Source: an uncultured Verrucomicrobiae bacterium
GTDB lineage: Bacteria; Verrucomicrobiota; Verrucomicrobiia; Chthoniobacterales; UBA10450
Reading direction: 5' to 3'
Length of the DNA stretch: 64,000 nucleotides
Assembly (NCBI GenBank): GCA_963801815.1
Contig: CAWDGJ010000001.1
Span: 224,001-288,000 of the forward strand
The notes beneath the pieces are model-generated. The model was not told where the DNA came from, did not search any database, and saw only the letters and a program-made list of their open reading frames with translations. Positions 30,392 to 41,735 of the stretch are shown one piece after another; the stretch's first letter is position 1, and each line of letters opens with the position of its first letter. Position numbers and translations under genes: made by a program.

Positions 30392-31333
30392 GTGAGCGGC
30401 GGTGAACCCACGATCGAGATCTTCAAGCCATTCAGCGAAGCGTTCGAGCTGATGAAGAAAATCCTGTTTCAGCCCTTCGATTTGAAGAAATGGTTCGTCA
30501 TTGGTTTCGCGGCGTGGCTTTCGAATCTTGGCAGCAGCAGCAATTACAATTTTAATTATCGCGACCGCGATTGGAACGATTTTCCCGTTGTGCAAGACCT
30601 GCGCGACGCGATCCATCAAATTCCACATCCGCTTTTGATCTTCATCTTGATCGTATTCCTTGTTTTGATCTTTGCCATCATCATCGTCTTCGCCTGGCTG
30701 CGAGCACGCGGGCGATTTATGTTTGTCGATTGCATCGTGAAGAATCGTGGTACGATCGCGGAACCGTGGCGCGAATTTCGCAAAGAAGGGAATAGTTATT
30801 TTCTTTTCGCGTTGGTGGTGGGCTTGATAATCGGAATCGTTCTCACGCTGACGGCGCTACCGTTCCTGGTGCCGGTCATCCGTAGCGGATTACGTCCGCA
30901 TTGGCGCGATGTCTACCTACTCTGCACGATCGTACTCTGGGCCGCGTTCCTTGTGCTGCTGATTTTCGTTTGGACGCTGATCTCCCATTTCATGGTCGCA
31001 GTGATGTACCGCCGGCGTTGCAGGGCGAGCGAGGCGTTCCGGGCCGCAATCTCGTTGGTCGCAAATTATCCCGGTGAAATCACGCTCTATTGTTTGTTTT
31101 GGATCGCACTGGCTATCGCGGCGGGAATGGCCTCTTGCGTCGTGATTCTCGCGACCTGTTGCATCGCACTCATCCCTTACATCGGCACCGTGATACTCTT
31201 GCCGGTCTTCGTTTGTTTGCGCGCGTTCGGACTTCGTTTTATCCGGCAATTCGGACCCGACTACGATGTTTGGGCTTCGGGTGTTGAGCCGCCGCCGGCT
31301 GCTTTGCCAACGCCGCCGCCCTTGCCCAGCTAG
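30392..31333 (+). CDS. Conserved hypothetical membrane protein
   Basis: Multiple TM helices and a Pro-rich tail. GTG start chosen within ORF 30200-31333. Confidence 0.75.
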   Translation: MSGGEPTIEIFKPFSEAFELMKKILFQPFDLKKWFVIGFAAWLSNLGSSSNYNFNYRDRDWNDFPVVQDLRDAIHQIPHPLLIFILIVFLVLIFAIIIVFAWLRARGRFMFVDCIVKNRGTIAEPWREFRKEGNSYFLFALVVGLIIGIVLTLTALPFLVPVIRSGLRPHWRDVYLLCTIVLWAAFLVLLIFVWTLISHFMVAVMYRRRCRASEAFRAAISLVANYPGEITLYCLFWIALAIAAGMASCVVILATCCIALIPYIGTVILLPVFVCLRAFGLRFIRQFGPDYDVWASGVEPPPAALPTPPPLPS

Positions 31334-31337
31334 TCAG

Positions 31338-33742
31338 TCACAATTCGGTCGCTGCCCAGAATTTTCGAAAGGCGCTCGGCCAGGTGCGATTGATCACGCC
31401 GTCCCGCGCGTGACTGCCCATCCGCTTGCGGCGCTCTGAATCAACCACCAATTCGCGAATCGCGCGGGTCAGATCTTTCGCGTCATGAGATTTTGTGATC
31501 AAACCGTTCTGATTGTTTTCGACGAGCTCTTTTGGTCCGCCGGCATCCGAGACGACGACCGGAACCCCCGATGCCTGCGCTTCAATAATGACGTTACCGA
31601 ACGTGTCGGTCGTACTCGGGAAAACGAAGATGTCGGCTGAGGCGTAGGCGGCGGCGAGATCTTTCCCGGTAAGATAACCCGTAAAGAACGCTTCCGGCAG
31701 CGCTTCGTGCAGCGCTTCCGAGTAAGGGCCATGGCCAACGACAAAAAGTTGAACCGACAATCCCTCGTCACGCAGTTTCCGGTATGCCTCGACCAAGAGA
31801 TCGAGATCCTTTTCGCGCGAAACGCGGCCGACGTAGAGCAAGCGCACTTGTCCGTTCTTGGCCCCGAATCTCTCAAAGAACGCCGGATCGCGTCGAGTGG
31901 GATGAAACAACTCGGTGTCGAGCCCGCGCGGGAGAATTTTCAATTTCTCCGGATCGAATCCGCGCTTGATCCAGCTCTGACGATATTCCTCTGAATTCAC
32001 GAAGACCGTGTCCAGCTGGCCGTAAAACCAATGCATGTAACGCCAGGTCACGCTCTCGAGAAAACTGTCCTCGGTCAGTATGCGGACGTATTGCGGAAAA
32101 TCGGTGTGATAGATACCGCTCGTTTGAAGATTGAGCATCTTCGCCGCAAGTAACGCGGTCAGCCCGATCGGTCCCGGCGTGCTGATGATCACTTCGGTGA
32201 ATTTTTCGCGCTGAATGTAATCGAGCATTTGCAAAATCGGCGGGAAGCTCAACCTCTGCAGTTCGTACTCCGGCAGCTCGAATTCGCCGATCGGCTTGAA
32301 ATTCTTGATCGGGATGTCGTCGACCGTGAGCTCGGTGCGCGATGTGACGACGATCAGCTCCTTGCCCGCGCTCGCGCCGGCGGCAGTCATTTTTCGAATG
32401 GTCGTGGCAACGCCATTGACGTCCTCGAGTGTGTCGGTGAACCAGGCGCGCTTTGTGTTTTGCAACGCTGCCGGAATCTCGCCGGTCAACTCTCGAAAGA
32501 TGCCGCGCAACCATTTCCGCGACGGCGCCTGGCTGTGAAATCCATAAATGTAGGGCGCCAGCACGATGAGGATCGGTGCGATCGCGGTTAATGCCTGCAT
32601 GCTTTCCAGCATATTCCCGGCGCTGATTTGTTGGACGAACTTTTGGAAAAATCGAAACGCGAGTTGCTCGGCCACCATGTTTGCCATGACGAAGGTGCGT
32701 CGCTCCGGCTCCGCGATGGATTCCAGTTCTGCCGCCATTTTCGCCTTTACTTCCGGTCGCGAGAAGTAACCGGAGAGCTCTTTCCAGAGCGACATGTTGG
32801 CGGGCTTGGCCAGTTCGAAAATTTTTCCCGACATCACGCCCTGCGCGACAAAACTTACTTTCTCGGAAAGCGTGAACTCGGTCGGATCGCGTCCTTCCAT
32901 AAAGCGCGAAAACATTTGCTCCACCAACGCCGCACTCGGTCCAAGTTTTTCGTGAAACCGGTCCTGAACGAAACAGCCGACGGTGTTGTAGAATCCATGG
33001 GAAAGGGCGAGGGGAGTTCCGCCGTGACCATGCGCCTCGCAGCTTCCGGCACGAACTTGCTCCAGGAATTTTTCGCTCGAATCTGCGCGGGGCGTTTCGG
33101 TATAGGCCGACGCAATAAACTGGCCACCGTGATCGTCCGAGCCGCCGACCAGGATTTTTTTCCAGGGCTCGCGATGAGTCGGCTCGAGATTGTGGCGTTC
33201 GGCGAACTCTTCAATCTTCTTCGGCGTTAACGAAGCAAAAAGTTGCTGGGCGAGTTCGCTCAGAAGTGCATCACGCAAACCGTTGATGCCTTCGAAATGC
33301 TTGAACAGCAGAATGAGGCGCTCGAGATGCGACGCCCCGAGCTTGCCGTTGATGCTGTAGAGCGGGTGCGCGACCGCGTGGGCGATCTTTCCACTCTGCA
33401 GAATAGCGCTGCAGAGAAAAAATGTTGTCACGCACGATGACGATCTCCGCGTGCTGTTTCTCCGTGATTCCCCAGACTAAAAGGTGAATCTTGCAGGGAT
33501 CTTGCGGAAAATAAGTCGTGACCTGCTCGCTGATGAATGTGTTCGGCAGATCGCGAATCTGCGAGACAGCCGTCGATCGTGTCGTGGTCGGTGATGGTGA
33601 CGAAATCCATTCCGCGCTCGAGAAGTTTCCGATGCAGCTCGCGCGGATCGGAGTAGCTGTCTGGAAAATCGAACCGGCGAAATAGCCATTCCTCGGACCG
33701 CGCGCTGAAGCGGGAGTGAATGTGAAGGTCACACTTGCTCAT
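31338..33742 (-). CDS. PHP-domain / glycosyltransferase family 4 fusion (two apparent frameshifts)
   Basis: DLHIHS, TITDHD and GGSDDH PHP motifs. GT4 YVGRVSREK and DTFGNVIIEAQASG. Three ORFs join near 33560 and 33410. Confidence 0.88.
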
Positions 33743-33746
33743 AACG

Positions 33747-34556
33747 TTACAGCGCGCGTTTCAGCCGCTGGTCCGCGATCCAGTCCTGATAGGTCGTCGT
33801 CGTTCGAACATTTCCCGCTGCCTGGGCAAGATCTCCAATCTGTCGCCAGATTGCCGAGTGCGAATAATCCGGCGGATGTATACTTAACCGCATCAGGGGT
33901 TTATTTTTTAGCGTGCGGCTCAGGGTAGCGTTCCAAGCCAGGCTGGTCGCACGTCTCCAACTGCTTCGAACGCTGTAAACGAGCGAACGCGCGGGAAAAG
34001 TGTCGCCCGAACGCAAGTCGCGCACATTTTGAAGACGAGTCGTGTATTCCATTTCCGCATCCCGGGCCGCGCGCTCGCCTTCGCCGCTCAACAGCCAGGC
34101 CGGCGCAACGAATCCGCGTGGATTTAATCCGGCAGCGCTGAATTCGTCGCGCGCGCTTTTGATTCGCCGTAGCGCCTCGTCGTAGCCGAGGTCGTAAAAC
34201 TCGCCTTCGTCCTGGGTGTAGAATCGGGTTACGAATTTATCGATAACGCTCTCGTGTGTTTGTCGGGGTCGTTGATGAAAATATCCGTGGATAACGATTT
34301 CGTGTCCCGACGATTCGAGGTCGCGAAGCCAGGCAACGAATTGTCGATCCCGTATGGAGACGCCTTGATGGTGATAATTCGGCACAACGAGCAACGAGCA
34401 CGTTCGGACACCGCGCTTCGCTAGGTCTGCGAGCATCCTGTCTATCGCCGGTTGGGTCGACGGCGCAACGTCATGAATGGAAACGACGAGGAAATCCCTG
34501 GTCGCACTCGCCGTCGCAACGACCGGCAGAAACTGCGTGGCCACAGCCGATGTCAT
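33747..34556 (-). CDS. Polysaccharide deacetylase-like (DUF2334) protein
   Basis: VSIHDVAP, EIVIHGYFH, FVAPAW, RLSIHP. Confidence 0.85.
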   Translation of the reverse strand: MTSAVATQFLPVVATASATRDFLVVSIHDVAPSTQPAIDRMLADLAKRGVRTCSLLVVPNYHHQGVSIRDRQFVAWLRDLESSGHEIVIHGYFHQRPRQTHESVIDKFVTRFYTQDEGEFYDLGYDEALRRIKSARDEFSAAGLNPRGFVAPAWLLSGEGERAARDAEMEYTTRLQNVRDLRSGDTFPARSLVYSVRSSWRRATSLAWNATLSRTLKNKPLMRLSIHPPDYSHSAIWRQIGDLAQAAGNVRTTTTYQDWIADQRLKRAL

Positions 34557-34623
34557 TTTGCCAAATTTTCGACCCCGCTGGTTATGCGAACAAGTGGAAA
34601 TTACTTGGCCGCCATTTGGACGA

Positions 34624-35010
34624 TCAGGTCGAATTCCTTTGCCCTAGCGGCATCACCGACAAACGCGATTGTCGAACGAGCGCGATGTTCTTGAGCTGCG
34701 GCTTCGCTTTGATTTCTGCAAGCGTGACTGGCCGCGACAGGCGTTTAACCGGGGCGAGATCGACCGCGCTCCAGTCGCCTTCCTTGGCGGTCGTGTCGCG
34801 GTAGGCGGTGCGCGTTACCTTTGCGATGCCGACAACGGCTTTCTCTTCGCCGCTGTGGTAGAAAAGCGCGTGATCGCCTTTAGACATGCGGCGGAGGTTG
34901 TTTCGCGCGGCAAAATTTCGCACCCCTGTCCAGCTAGTGCCGCCGTCCGCGACAAAGTCCGACCATGAATAATCGGATGGTTCCTGTTTCACGAGCCAGA
35001 ATGATTTCAT
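34624..35010 (-). CDS. EVE domain protein
   Basis: WLVKQEP, WTGVRNFAARN, FYHSG, RLSVMP. The C-terminus is probably frameshifted (alternative frame KEFDLIVQMAAK*). Confidence 0.9.
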   Translation of the reverse strand: MKSFWLVKQEPSDYSWSDFVADGGTSWTGVRNFAARNNLRRMSKGDHALFYHSGEEKAVVGIAKVTRTAYRDTTAKEGDWSAVDLAPVKRLSRPVTLAEIKAKPQLKNIALVRQSRLSVMPLGQRNST

Positions 35011-35140
35011 AAATCCCAATCACCAATAGCCAAATCCAAGGGTAGCTCCAATACTCAAACTCCACCCGTGGGTCCGCGCGAGCTTGCAGATTGAGATTCG
35101 GGATTTCCCTGGAGTTTGGGCTTTGGGATTTGGGGCTTGA
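35011..35140. repeat. Degenerate heptamer-based inverted repeat
   Basis: AAATCCC/AATCACC/AAATCCA-type units on the left, GTTTGGG/CTTTGGG/ATTTGGG units on the right. Confidence 0.55.
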
Positions 35141-35170
35141 AAAAGTCGATGGGTGCGACCAACTGAGATC

Positions 35171-35842
35171 ATGACCCGGCTGCCGTTTATCACGTTTGAA
35201 GGCTCGGAAGGTTGCGGAAAATCGACCCAAGTCCGGCGGTTGACGGAGCGTCTCCAAAAGGCCGGCGTTCCAGTTTTGGTAACGCGCGAACCGGGTGGAA
35301 CGCCGATTGGCGAATCGATCCGTGAGCTCTTACAATTCGCACCCCAAAGTGCGGCGATGACGCCGGAGACGGAACTGCTGCTGTTCGAGGCGAGCCGCGC
35401 GCAACTCGTCCGCGAAGTGATCAAGCCGGCGCTAAAAAACGGGCAATGCGTTATCGCAGACAGATTCTACGATTCGACAACGGTGTATCAAGGCGTCGCG
35501 CGCAAGCTTGATAAGGAAATCGTTCGACAACTGAACGCATTCGCAGTTGGCGATTGCATTCCGGACGTCACTCTCTTCCTCGATGTTAATTTTCAGATAG
35601 CGCGCGCTCGGATGAAAGGCCCGCGGCGGCCCGACCGCATGGAGATGCAACCGGACAAATTTTATGAGGACGTGATCGATGCGTATCTAGATCTCGCGAA
35701 ACGCGAATCGAGACGCGTTGTTTTGATCGACGGATCGAAACCTGTGGACGCAATCGAAGCGGAAATCTGGGGAACACTTTCCAAGCGATTCCCGCAGCTT
35801 GCCGTGAAATCCGAAATCGAGAATCCGAAATCGGAAATGTAA
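35171..35842 (+). CDS. tmk: Thymidylate kinase
   Basis: FEGSEGCGKST, TREPGG, DRFYDST..YQG. Confidence 0.96.
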   Translation: MTRLPFITFEGSEGCGKSTQVRRLTERLQKAGVPVLVTREPGGTPIGESIRELLQFAPQSAAMTPETELLLFEASRAQLVREVIKPALKNGQCVIADRFYDSTTVYQGVARKLDKEIVRQLNAFAVGDCIPDVTLFLDVNFQIARARMKGPRRPDRMEMQPDKFYEDVIDAYLDLAKRESRRVVLIDGSKPVDAIEAEIWGTLSKRFPQLAVKSEIENPKSEM

Positions 35843-35844
35843 CC

Positions 35845-36816
35845 ATGGCGTTTACCCGTAAGGCAGCAATCGGATTTTTGCGGCGCGCACACGAAAACAA
35901 TCGACTCGCACACGCCTATTTGATTTCCGGACCGGTTGGGAGCGGTAAAAGGGAAGTGGCTGCTGAACTCGCCAACGCCGTGAACGGAACCAATGTCGCT
36001 GAAGTATTTTCGTCGAAGGCGCGGGAGATTTTTGTGGCCGAGCCGGAATCCAAGTCGCGAAGAATTTTGATCGAGCAAATTCGTGAACTCGAGCATGGCC
36101 TTCAAATGCGTGGCGGTGAAGGACGCCAAAAGGTAGCGATCATCGCCGAGGCCGACCGTTTGCAACCGCAGGCCGCCAACGCGTTTTTGAAAACGCTAGA
36201 AGAACCGCCGGGCAATTCGCTGCTGCTACTGTTGAGTGCGCTGCCGGAAGCTCTGCCGGACACGATCGTATCACGCTGCATCTCGATTCCACTGGCGGCG
36301 AATGGCCAGGAACCCGAATTGGCGGAACGCACAGAGCTGGTGGAACTGCTTCGCACCATGGCCCGCGAAAAGACTTGGGGAGTCCAGCAGGCATATCGTT
36401 TGACGCAGGGAATGCAGGCGTTGCTCGGAGGAATTAAGGAGAAGATTAAAGCCGAAAATGACGAGGCGTTGAAGAGCGAGGAAACTCGCTATCGCAATTC
36501 CACCGATGGCGCATGGCTGGAAGACCGCGAAGCATATTATAAGGCGGTGACCGAAAGTCTCTACATCCAGCGGCGCGCGGTTCTAATCGAAGTCTTGTTG
36601 GAATTTTGGTCGGACATTCTTCGTGCGTGCACAAAGGTCGGCCGGTGCGACTTGCTGCCGGCAAAAAAGGAGACAGCCGGTTTGGCCGAACGTTTTTCCG
36701 TGCCCGAAGTCTTGCGCCGAATCCAGCGTTTGGAAGAATTGCGCGACAATCTGGGTCGCAACATCCAGGAAGCCCTTGCCTTCGAAGTCGCGTTTCTCGA
36801 AGTCTTTGGCGCCTGA
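35845..36816 (+). CDS. holB: DNA polymerase III delta' subunit
   Basis: HAYLISGPVGSGK, AANAFLKTLEEPP, TIVSRC. Follows tmk. Confidence 0.9.
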   Translation: MAFTRKAAIGFLRRAHENNRLAHAYLISGPVGSGKREVAAELANAVNGTNVAEVFSSKAREIFVAEPESKSRRILIEQIRELEHGLQMRGGEGRQKVAIIAEADRLQPQAANAFLKTLEEPPGNSLLLLLSALPEALPDTIVSRCISIPLAANGQEPELAERTELVELLRTMAREKTWGVQQAYRLTQGMQALLGGIKEKIKAENDEALKSEETRYRNSTDGAWLEDREAYYKAVTESLYIQRRAVLIEVLLEFWSDILRACTKVGRCDLLPAKKETAGLAERFSVPEVLRRIQRLEELRDNLGRNIQEALAFEVAFLEVFGA

Positions 36817-37111
36817 TCAACGGTCATTGTTGTCGGTTTCCACGAAATTGAGGACGCGACCGAAGAGAAGTTGCGCTCCCGACAAGACCCTTTGGGCCGT
36901 CGGGGTAGCGCTCACCAGAATTTGCTGACTGCGACTGCGGCTTGCGCGCAACATTCGCTGGCTGGCCTATCGCACGCCGACGCCGCCGCCACAGCGGAAA
37001 CGCTTGATAAGCTCGACCGACCGGATCGGTCAAGTGTTGAAACTTGATTGCACGAGTGGTTAATTTGTTCGCACTTGCGCAAAGGCAATTCATCGCGTGC
37101 AATATCGCGCG

Positions 37112-37870
37112 ATGAGATTCGAGAACCAGAATGCGATTGTGACCGGCGCGGGGCGGGGGATTGGGAATGCGATCGCGCTCCGGCTCGCGGCTGAAGGTGC
37201 CCGCGTTGCCTGTGTCAGTCGAAGCGAAGCGAACGCGAAACGCACTGCCGACGAAATAAACACCTTGCGAAAGGATGCAGGCGGGACGCCTGCCGCCACA
37301 GCGTACACCGTCGATGTGGCCGATCACGCCGCAGTCCAAAAAATTGGGGGGCAGATTCTCTCCGATTTCACCAAGATCGACATTCTGGTGAACAACGCCG
37401 GCGTGACGCGGGATGGTCTCGCCATGCGAATGTCGATCGAGGATTGGGACACCGTCCTCAACACGAACTTGCGCGGCGCGTTCAATTTCACCCAATCGGT
37501 GATACGCGCGATGATCAAGCAACGCAGCGGCCGAATCATTAACATCACGTCAGTGATCGGTTTGATCGGTAACGCTGGCCAGACGAACTACGCGGCGAGC
37601 AAAGCGGGATTGATTGGCTTCACCAAGTCGCTCGCGCGCGAGCTGGCGAGCCGGAACATTACCGTCAACGCGATCGCGCCCGGGTTCATCGCCACTGACA
37701 TGACCGCTGGATTGTCGGACGAAATTAAGAAGACAATCCAGTCGCAGATTCCGCTCGGCAAAACCGGCACGCCCGAAGACATTGCCAATACAGCCGCGTT
37801 TCTCGCGTCGGCTGAAGCGAGCTACATCACCGGTCAGGTGATCTGCGTCGATGGCGGAATGGTGATGTAA
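37112..37870 (+). CDS. fabG: 3-oxoacyl-ACP reductase
   Basis: TGAGRGIG, NNAGVTRD, GNAGQTNYAASK, PGFIATDMT. Confidence 0.93.
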   Translation: MRFENQNAIVTGAGRGIGNAIALRLAAEGARVACVSRSEANAKRTADEINTLRKDAGGTPAATAYTVDVADHAAVQKIGGQILSDFTKIDILVNNAGVTRDGLAMRMSIEDWDTVLNTNLRGAFNFTQSVIRAMIKQRSGRIINITSVIGLIGNAGQTNYAASKAGLIGFTKSLARELASRNITVNAIAPGFIATDMTAGLSDEIKKTIQSQIPLGKTGTPEDIANTAAFLASAEASYITGQVICVDGGMVM

Positions 37871-37908
37871 GCTCAGTCGCAAGCACTGAATCTGCTCAGC
37901 AGTATGGG

Positions 37909-38538
37909 GTGAAGTTTCTTGGCTTCGTCCTTCTTCTCGCCGCCGCGATATTCACCTGGCATCAGTTGCACCGGCCGATCGAATATTCGCCTGGAATCTT
38001 GATTTCGTCCGAGCCGGAGCAAACGCAGACCGTCGATTCGTCGATGGCGTACGGAGATTATCAACTCACGCCGCTAGCGCATTTCGCGCTCGACGCCCGC
38101 GTACTTCATCTAAAAATCTACCGTTGGGACCAGAGAGCGTCACTCGTTCCGGTAGATCTTGCGCTTGGCTGGGGGCCAATGTCCGATCAGCGCGTGCTTG
38201 ATCAGATCAACATCACCCAAAGCATGCGGTTTTACTGGTTCGCCTATAGATTGCCGGCACCAATTTCGAACGAGCAAATCATTTCGCACTCAACGAATGT
38301 TCACATAATTCCTGCAACGCGGGAGATTGCGTCCCGATGCAAATCGTTGCGCACTGGCGAGCTGGTGCATTTGGGCGGAGACCTCGTGCAGGCCACTGGG
38401 CATGGACTCAGCCCGTGGAGGAGCTCGCTCAGCCGAACCGATACCGGCAATGGCGCCTGTGAATTAATGTGGGTCAGCGAATTGTCGATCTTGCCCGCGC
38501 CTTCGCCGCAAAATCGAGAGTCAGTCGCCAACCGCTGA
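37909..38538 (+). CDS. Hypothetical exported protein
   Basis: N-terminal hydrophobic segment. PVDLALGWG, STNVHIIP and SSLSRTDTGNGACE look like a conserved uncharacterised family. Confidence 0.75.
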   Translation: MKFLGFVLLLAAAIFTWHQLHRPIEYSPGILISSEPEQTQTVDSSMAYGDYQLTPLAHFALDARVLHLKIYRWDQRASLVPVDLALGWGPMSDQRVLDQINITQSMRFYWFAYRLPAPISNEQIISHSTNVHIIPATREIASRCKSLRTGELVHLGGDLVQATGHGLSPWRSSLSRTDTGNGACELMWVSELSILPAPSPQNRESVANR

Positions 38539-38551
38539 CCCCCGCTGATTT

Positions 38552-39817
38552 TTACACGGCGGCTTCGGCGCGTACCTGCTGCTGAATACTCGCCGGCGTA
38601 AAACCGAATCGCTCGCAATACTCGGCAAAGCCGTTGGTTCCTTCCAACTGGAAGTAAGCGGCGTTATAGCGATGAACACCATTTCTGCGTGGCGTTTGCT
38701 CTGCCAGGACCGCACGCATCTTCTGCTCGATTTCGGGTTTGAGGTCCCAGCCAAAATGTTCGTAAACGCGACGCGCGGCAGCAATCGCGTCACGCCGGAT
38801 TTCGTTGTAATAAACATCGCAAATCCGATCTGTCGGCAGTTGATCGCGAACCTGCATGAAAGTTTTCACGGCGTCCGACCAATAGACCATGGCATCGCTC
38901 CCCACCTGGAGCGGGTCCACTGCGTCGCTGAACACGCGCCGGAGGATCGTGACAAGACTCGAGACCGACGCGACCGCATCAATGGGATTACGGTGTAACT
39001 GCACGAACTTGGCGTCGGGATAGATCGACAGCAACGCCGGCGCTGCGAACATGTGGGCCGGAGCTTTTAGGATCCAGCGCTCCGCCGAGCTTCGGAATTG
39101 CAGATGCTGCAGAAACCGCCGGTGATAGGAATAGGCTGGCCGCAAATCCTGGCGAAAGAACCACGCCCGATAGGACGGAATGTTGTACATCGTGTCGAAC
39201 TGGTCGCTCAGAAAGGTTGGGCTGATGAGAGAAACACATTCCTGCGGGAGCTCGGCGCCTGTCGCGTGAACGCTTTCAAAAGTCGGTGCCAACCAGCGAA
39301 GCATCGCGAGGTCGCGGGCAGCATGACGGGTCCGTTGTTGTCGATCCTCCGCGCTTGGCGGCGAAGGCGACATGACCTCCCACGTCAATGGAACGCGGTG
39401 TGCCGGGTCGGCAGCGAGGAGCGTGTGCAAAAGTGTGGTCCCGCTGCGCGGCAAACCGACAATAAATAGCGGTTGGCGAATTTCCTGGGTGGCGATTTCA
39501 GGATGAAGCCGCCGATCCCGCGCGAGACGCAACCGATTGCACAAGATTCTCACGACATCATTCTTAAGCGCAAGTTTGCCGATCACGTTTAGCCGCGCCT
39601 CACGATGACTCGATTCCAGCAAGCGTGAGAGCGGTTCGAAAAACTCCGGCTCCCCGAAATCTTCGAGCTCACAACGTCGTTTGGCGCTTTCGATTAACTG
39701 CGCTGGGGAGAAAGCCTTCGTCTGAAAGCCGATCTTCTCGAGCGCGGCACCAGATTTGTTGAGCAGCCGGATAATCCAGGGAGCTCGCGTCTCTTCAACC
39801 GTGGTCGGACCTGTCAT
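38552..39817 (-). CDS. Sulfotransferase family protein
   Basis: [12 protein letters not shown]-binding loop, [16 protein letters not shown]. Confidence 0.9.
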   Translation of the reverse strand: MTGPTTVEETRAPWIIRLLNKSGAALEKIGFQTKAFSPAQLIESAKRRCELEDFGEPEFFEPLSRLLESSHREARLNVIGKLALKNDVVRILCNRLRLARDRRLHPEIATQEIRQPLFIVGLPRSGTTLLHTLLAADPAHRVPLTWEVMSPSPPSAEDRQQRTRHAARDLAMLRWLAPTFESVHATGAELPQECVSLISPTFLSDQFDTMYNIPSYRAWFFRQDLRPAYSYHRRFLQHLQFRSSAERWILKAPAHMFAAPALLSIYPDAKFVQLHRNPIDAVASVSSLVTILRRVFSDAVDPLQVGSDAMVYWSDAVKTFMQVRDQLPTDRICDVYYNEIRRDAIAAARRVYEHFGWDLKPEIEQKMRAVLAEQTPRRNGVHRYNAAYFQLEGTNGFAEYCERFGFTPASIQQQVRAEAAV

Positions 39818-39897
39818 TCCGACATGTTGTTTGCGGGAGCGGCAAAGGCAAGCGCAAGTCTGGTTGCGCCCGGTGCACAGGCGTTCGATCATTTAAT

Positions 39898-40374
39898 ATG
39901 ACGACGGAAAAAGCGACGTTTGGCGCAGGTTGTTTTTGGGGCGTGGAAGAAGCTTTTCGAAATCTGAAAGGCGTGACATCCACTGCGGTCGGTTACGCGG
40001 GCGGGACAAAGGACAATCCCAGCTACGAAGATGTTTGTTCCGACGAGACCGGCCACGCCGAAGTCGTGCAGGTCGAATTCGATCCTTCGCAAATCAGCTA
40101 CGACAAACTCCTGGATGTTTTCTGGTCGAACCACAATCCGACCACGATGAACCGCCAGGGTCCGGATGTTGGGACGCAATACCGCTCCGTGATTTTTTAT
40201 CATTCGCCGGAGCAAAAAGCGGCGGCAGAAGCGTCGAAACAAAAACTTGCCGCCAGCGGCAAGTTCAACCGGCCGATTGTGACTCAGATCGAGCCTGCGC
40301 CGAAGTTTTGGCGGGCCGAGGAATATCACCAGCGATATCTCGCGAAGCGCGGCCAATCGCATTGCGCCATTTGA
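39898..40374 (+). CDS. msrA: Peptide-methionine (S)-S-oxide reductase
   Basis: GCFWG, GHAEVV, QYRS, AEEYHQ.Y. Confidence 0.97.
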   Translation: MTTEKATFGAGCFWGVEEAFRNLKGVTSTAVGYAGGTKDNPSYEDVCSDETGHAEVVQVEFDPSQISYDKLLDVFWSNHNPTTMNRQGPDVGTQYRSVIFYHSPEQKAAAEASKQKLAASGKFNRPIVTQIEPAPKFWRAEEYHQRYLAKRGQSHCAI

Positions 40375-40378
40375 CAGG

Positions 40379-41071
40379 ATGTGCGCAGAAGTCGTTCGAA
40401 CAAAAAACTTCGTTGCTGACGCGGCCCGTTTCATTGTCGATCTCGCTCACCAGGCACTGGCGGAGCGGAACGAATTTCGGATTGCGCTTGCAGGCGGAAA
40501 CACGCCGCGCCCCGTTTATTCCGAGGTCGCGCGGACTGGGCACGATTTGCCCTGGGACCGTGTGCTAATCACGTTCGGGGACGAGCGTTGCGTTCCGCCG
40601 GACGACGAGCAAAGCAATTTCCGCATGGCGCGCGAGACATTGTTCGTTCCGGCGGCGATTCCGGAGAAATCGATTTTGCGAATGCGCGGCGAGATCGAGC
40701 CGCAAATCGCCGCGCAGGAATATCAGGACGATCTCGATTTTATCGCGACCCAGCGCGGCGAACAGATTTATCGACACGATCTGATTTTGCTTGGATTGGG
40801 GGACGACGGTCACACGGCATCCTTGTTCCCGGAAACCGCGGCGGTAAACGAAATATCTCGTCGCGTCGTCGCCAATTTCGTTCCGAAGTTTAACTCGTGG
40901 CGGCTGACCTTTACCTTTCCGCTGATCAATCACGCGCGGAACGTTTGCTTTCTAGTGAACGCCAACAAAAACGCGGAGCTGATCGATCGCGTGATCAACG
41001 GCGACTCAAAATTTCCAGCGTCGCGCGTGAACCCTAGCGCCGGCAAGCTGACTTGGATTTTGGGACTGTAG
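40379..41071 (+). CDS. pgl: 6-phosphogluconolactonase
   Basis: LAGGNTP, GDERCVP, LGLGDDGHTASLFP. Confidence 0.94.
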   Translation: MCAEVVRTKNFVADAARFIVDLAHQALAERNEFRIALAGGNTPRPVYSEVARTGHDLPWDRVLITFGDERCVPPDDEQSNFRMARETLFVPAAIPEKSILRMRGEIEPQIAAQEYQDDLDFIATQRGEQIYRHDLILLGLGDDGHTASLFPETAAVNEISRRVVANFVPKFNSWRLTFTFPLINHARNVCFLVNANKNAELIDRVINGDSKFPASRVNPSAGKLTWILGL

Positions 41072-41113
41072 CGGCGATTTATGATCGCCGTCGGCGGTCC
41101 AGACCGTCGCTAC
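41068..41113. repeat. GTAG-type REP doublet between convergent genes
   Basis: GTAGCGGCGATTTATGATCGCCG-T-CGGCGGTCCAGACCGTCGCTAC. Confidence 0.7.
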
Positions 41114-41117
41114 AATT

Positions 41118-41523
41118 TCAGTATTGCTCGCCTTCGTCTGGCGTCGGCGTGATTCGGTCGTCGATGGCCCAGACGTGCAACATCACCGCGCCCCAATACG
41201 GGATCAGCATCAGGATTCCCCAACCGGCGGACGCCATCGCCGCGATAATCGCAAACACGATCGCCAGCGGCGTGATAAGAAACAGAATGAATGCGCCCAT
41301 TGCGCGATGCCCTTTGTAAATGTGGCCGAGGCCGGGAATAATGCTGAGCAAAATAGCCATCGCGTCACTCGCTTTCGGCTCGGCCGGCTTGGTCGCCTCC
41401 AGCGTCCAATCACAATTCGTGCACGAAGTCGCGTTTTTCGGGAGCAGTGTTCCGCAGTACGGGCAAGGCTTCGTGTCCCAGCTAATTTCTTGCGTTTGAG
41501 TCGGCGCGTCGCTGTATTCCATT
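41118..41523 (-). CDS. Zinc-ribbon membrane protein
   Basis: CPYC..CTNC followed by PGLGHIY and TM helices. Start trimmed to MEYSD. Confidence 0.75.
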
Positions 41524-41580
41524 GGAATTAAATCGCAATTCAACGTCCCAAGAGCTGCCGATTTCGTCAAGCATTCCTGT

Positions 41581-41690
41581 TGTCATCCCGAACGTATGTG
41601 AGGGATCTCGCACTCGAAGCGCGGATCACGCAAAGTAAATTGTGTAATCATTCGACTTGTGGGAGATCCTTCGCTCTGCTCAGGATGACA
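41581..41690. repeat. Palindromic repeat element (TGTCATCC...GGATGACA)
   Basis: TGTCATCCCGA..GAGGGATCTC and GAGATCCTTC..TCAGGATGACA form a long imperfect hairpin. Confidence 0.8.
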
Positions 41691-41735
41691 GAGGGTTGAA
41701 GGGACTGGCGACGCGCTAGCAAATGTTGCAAGCCT

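Noticed and set aside
36817..37100. Possible ncRNA or riboswitch between holB and fabG
   Set aside because: No recognisable conserved motif. An Rfam covariance search would be needed to support it.
36824..37522. Long antisense ORFs (e.g. opposite fabG, asnB, cyclase, PKS)
   Set aside because: Shadow frames of well-supported genes in GC-rich DNA, with no recognisable motifs.
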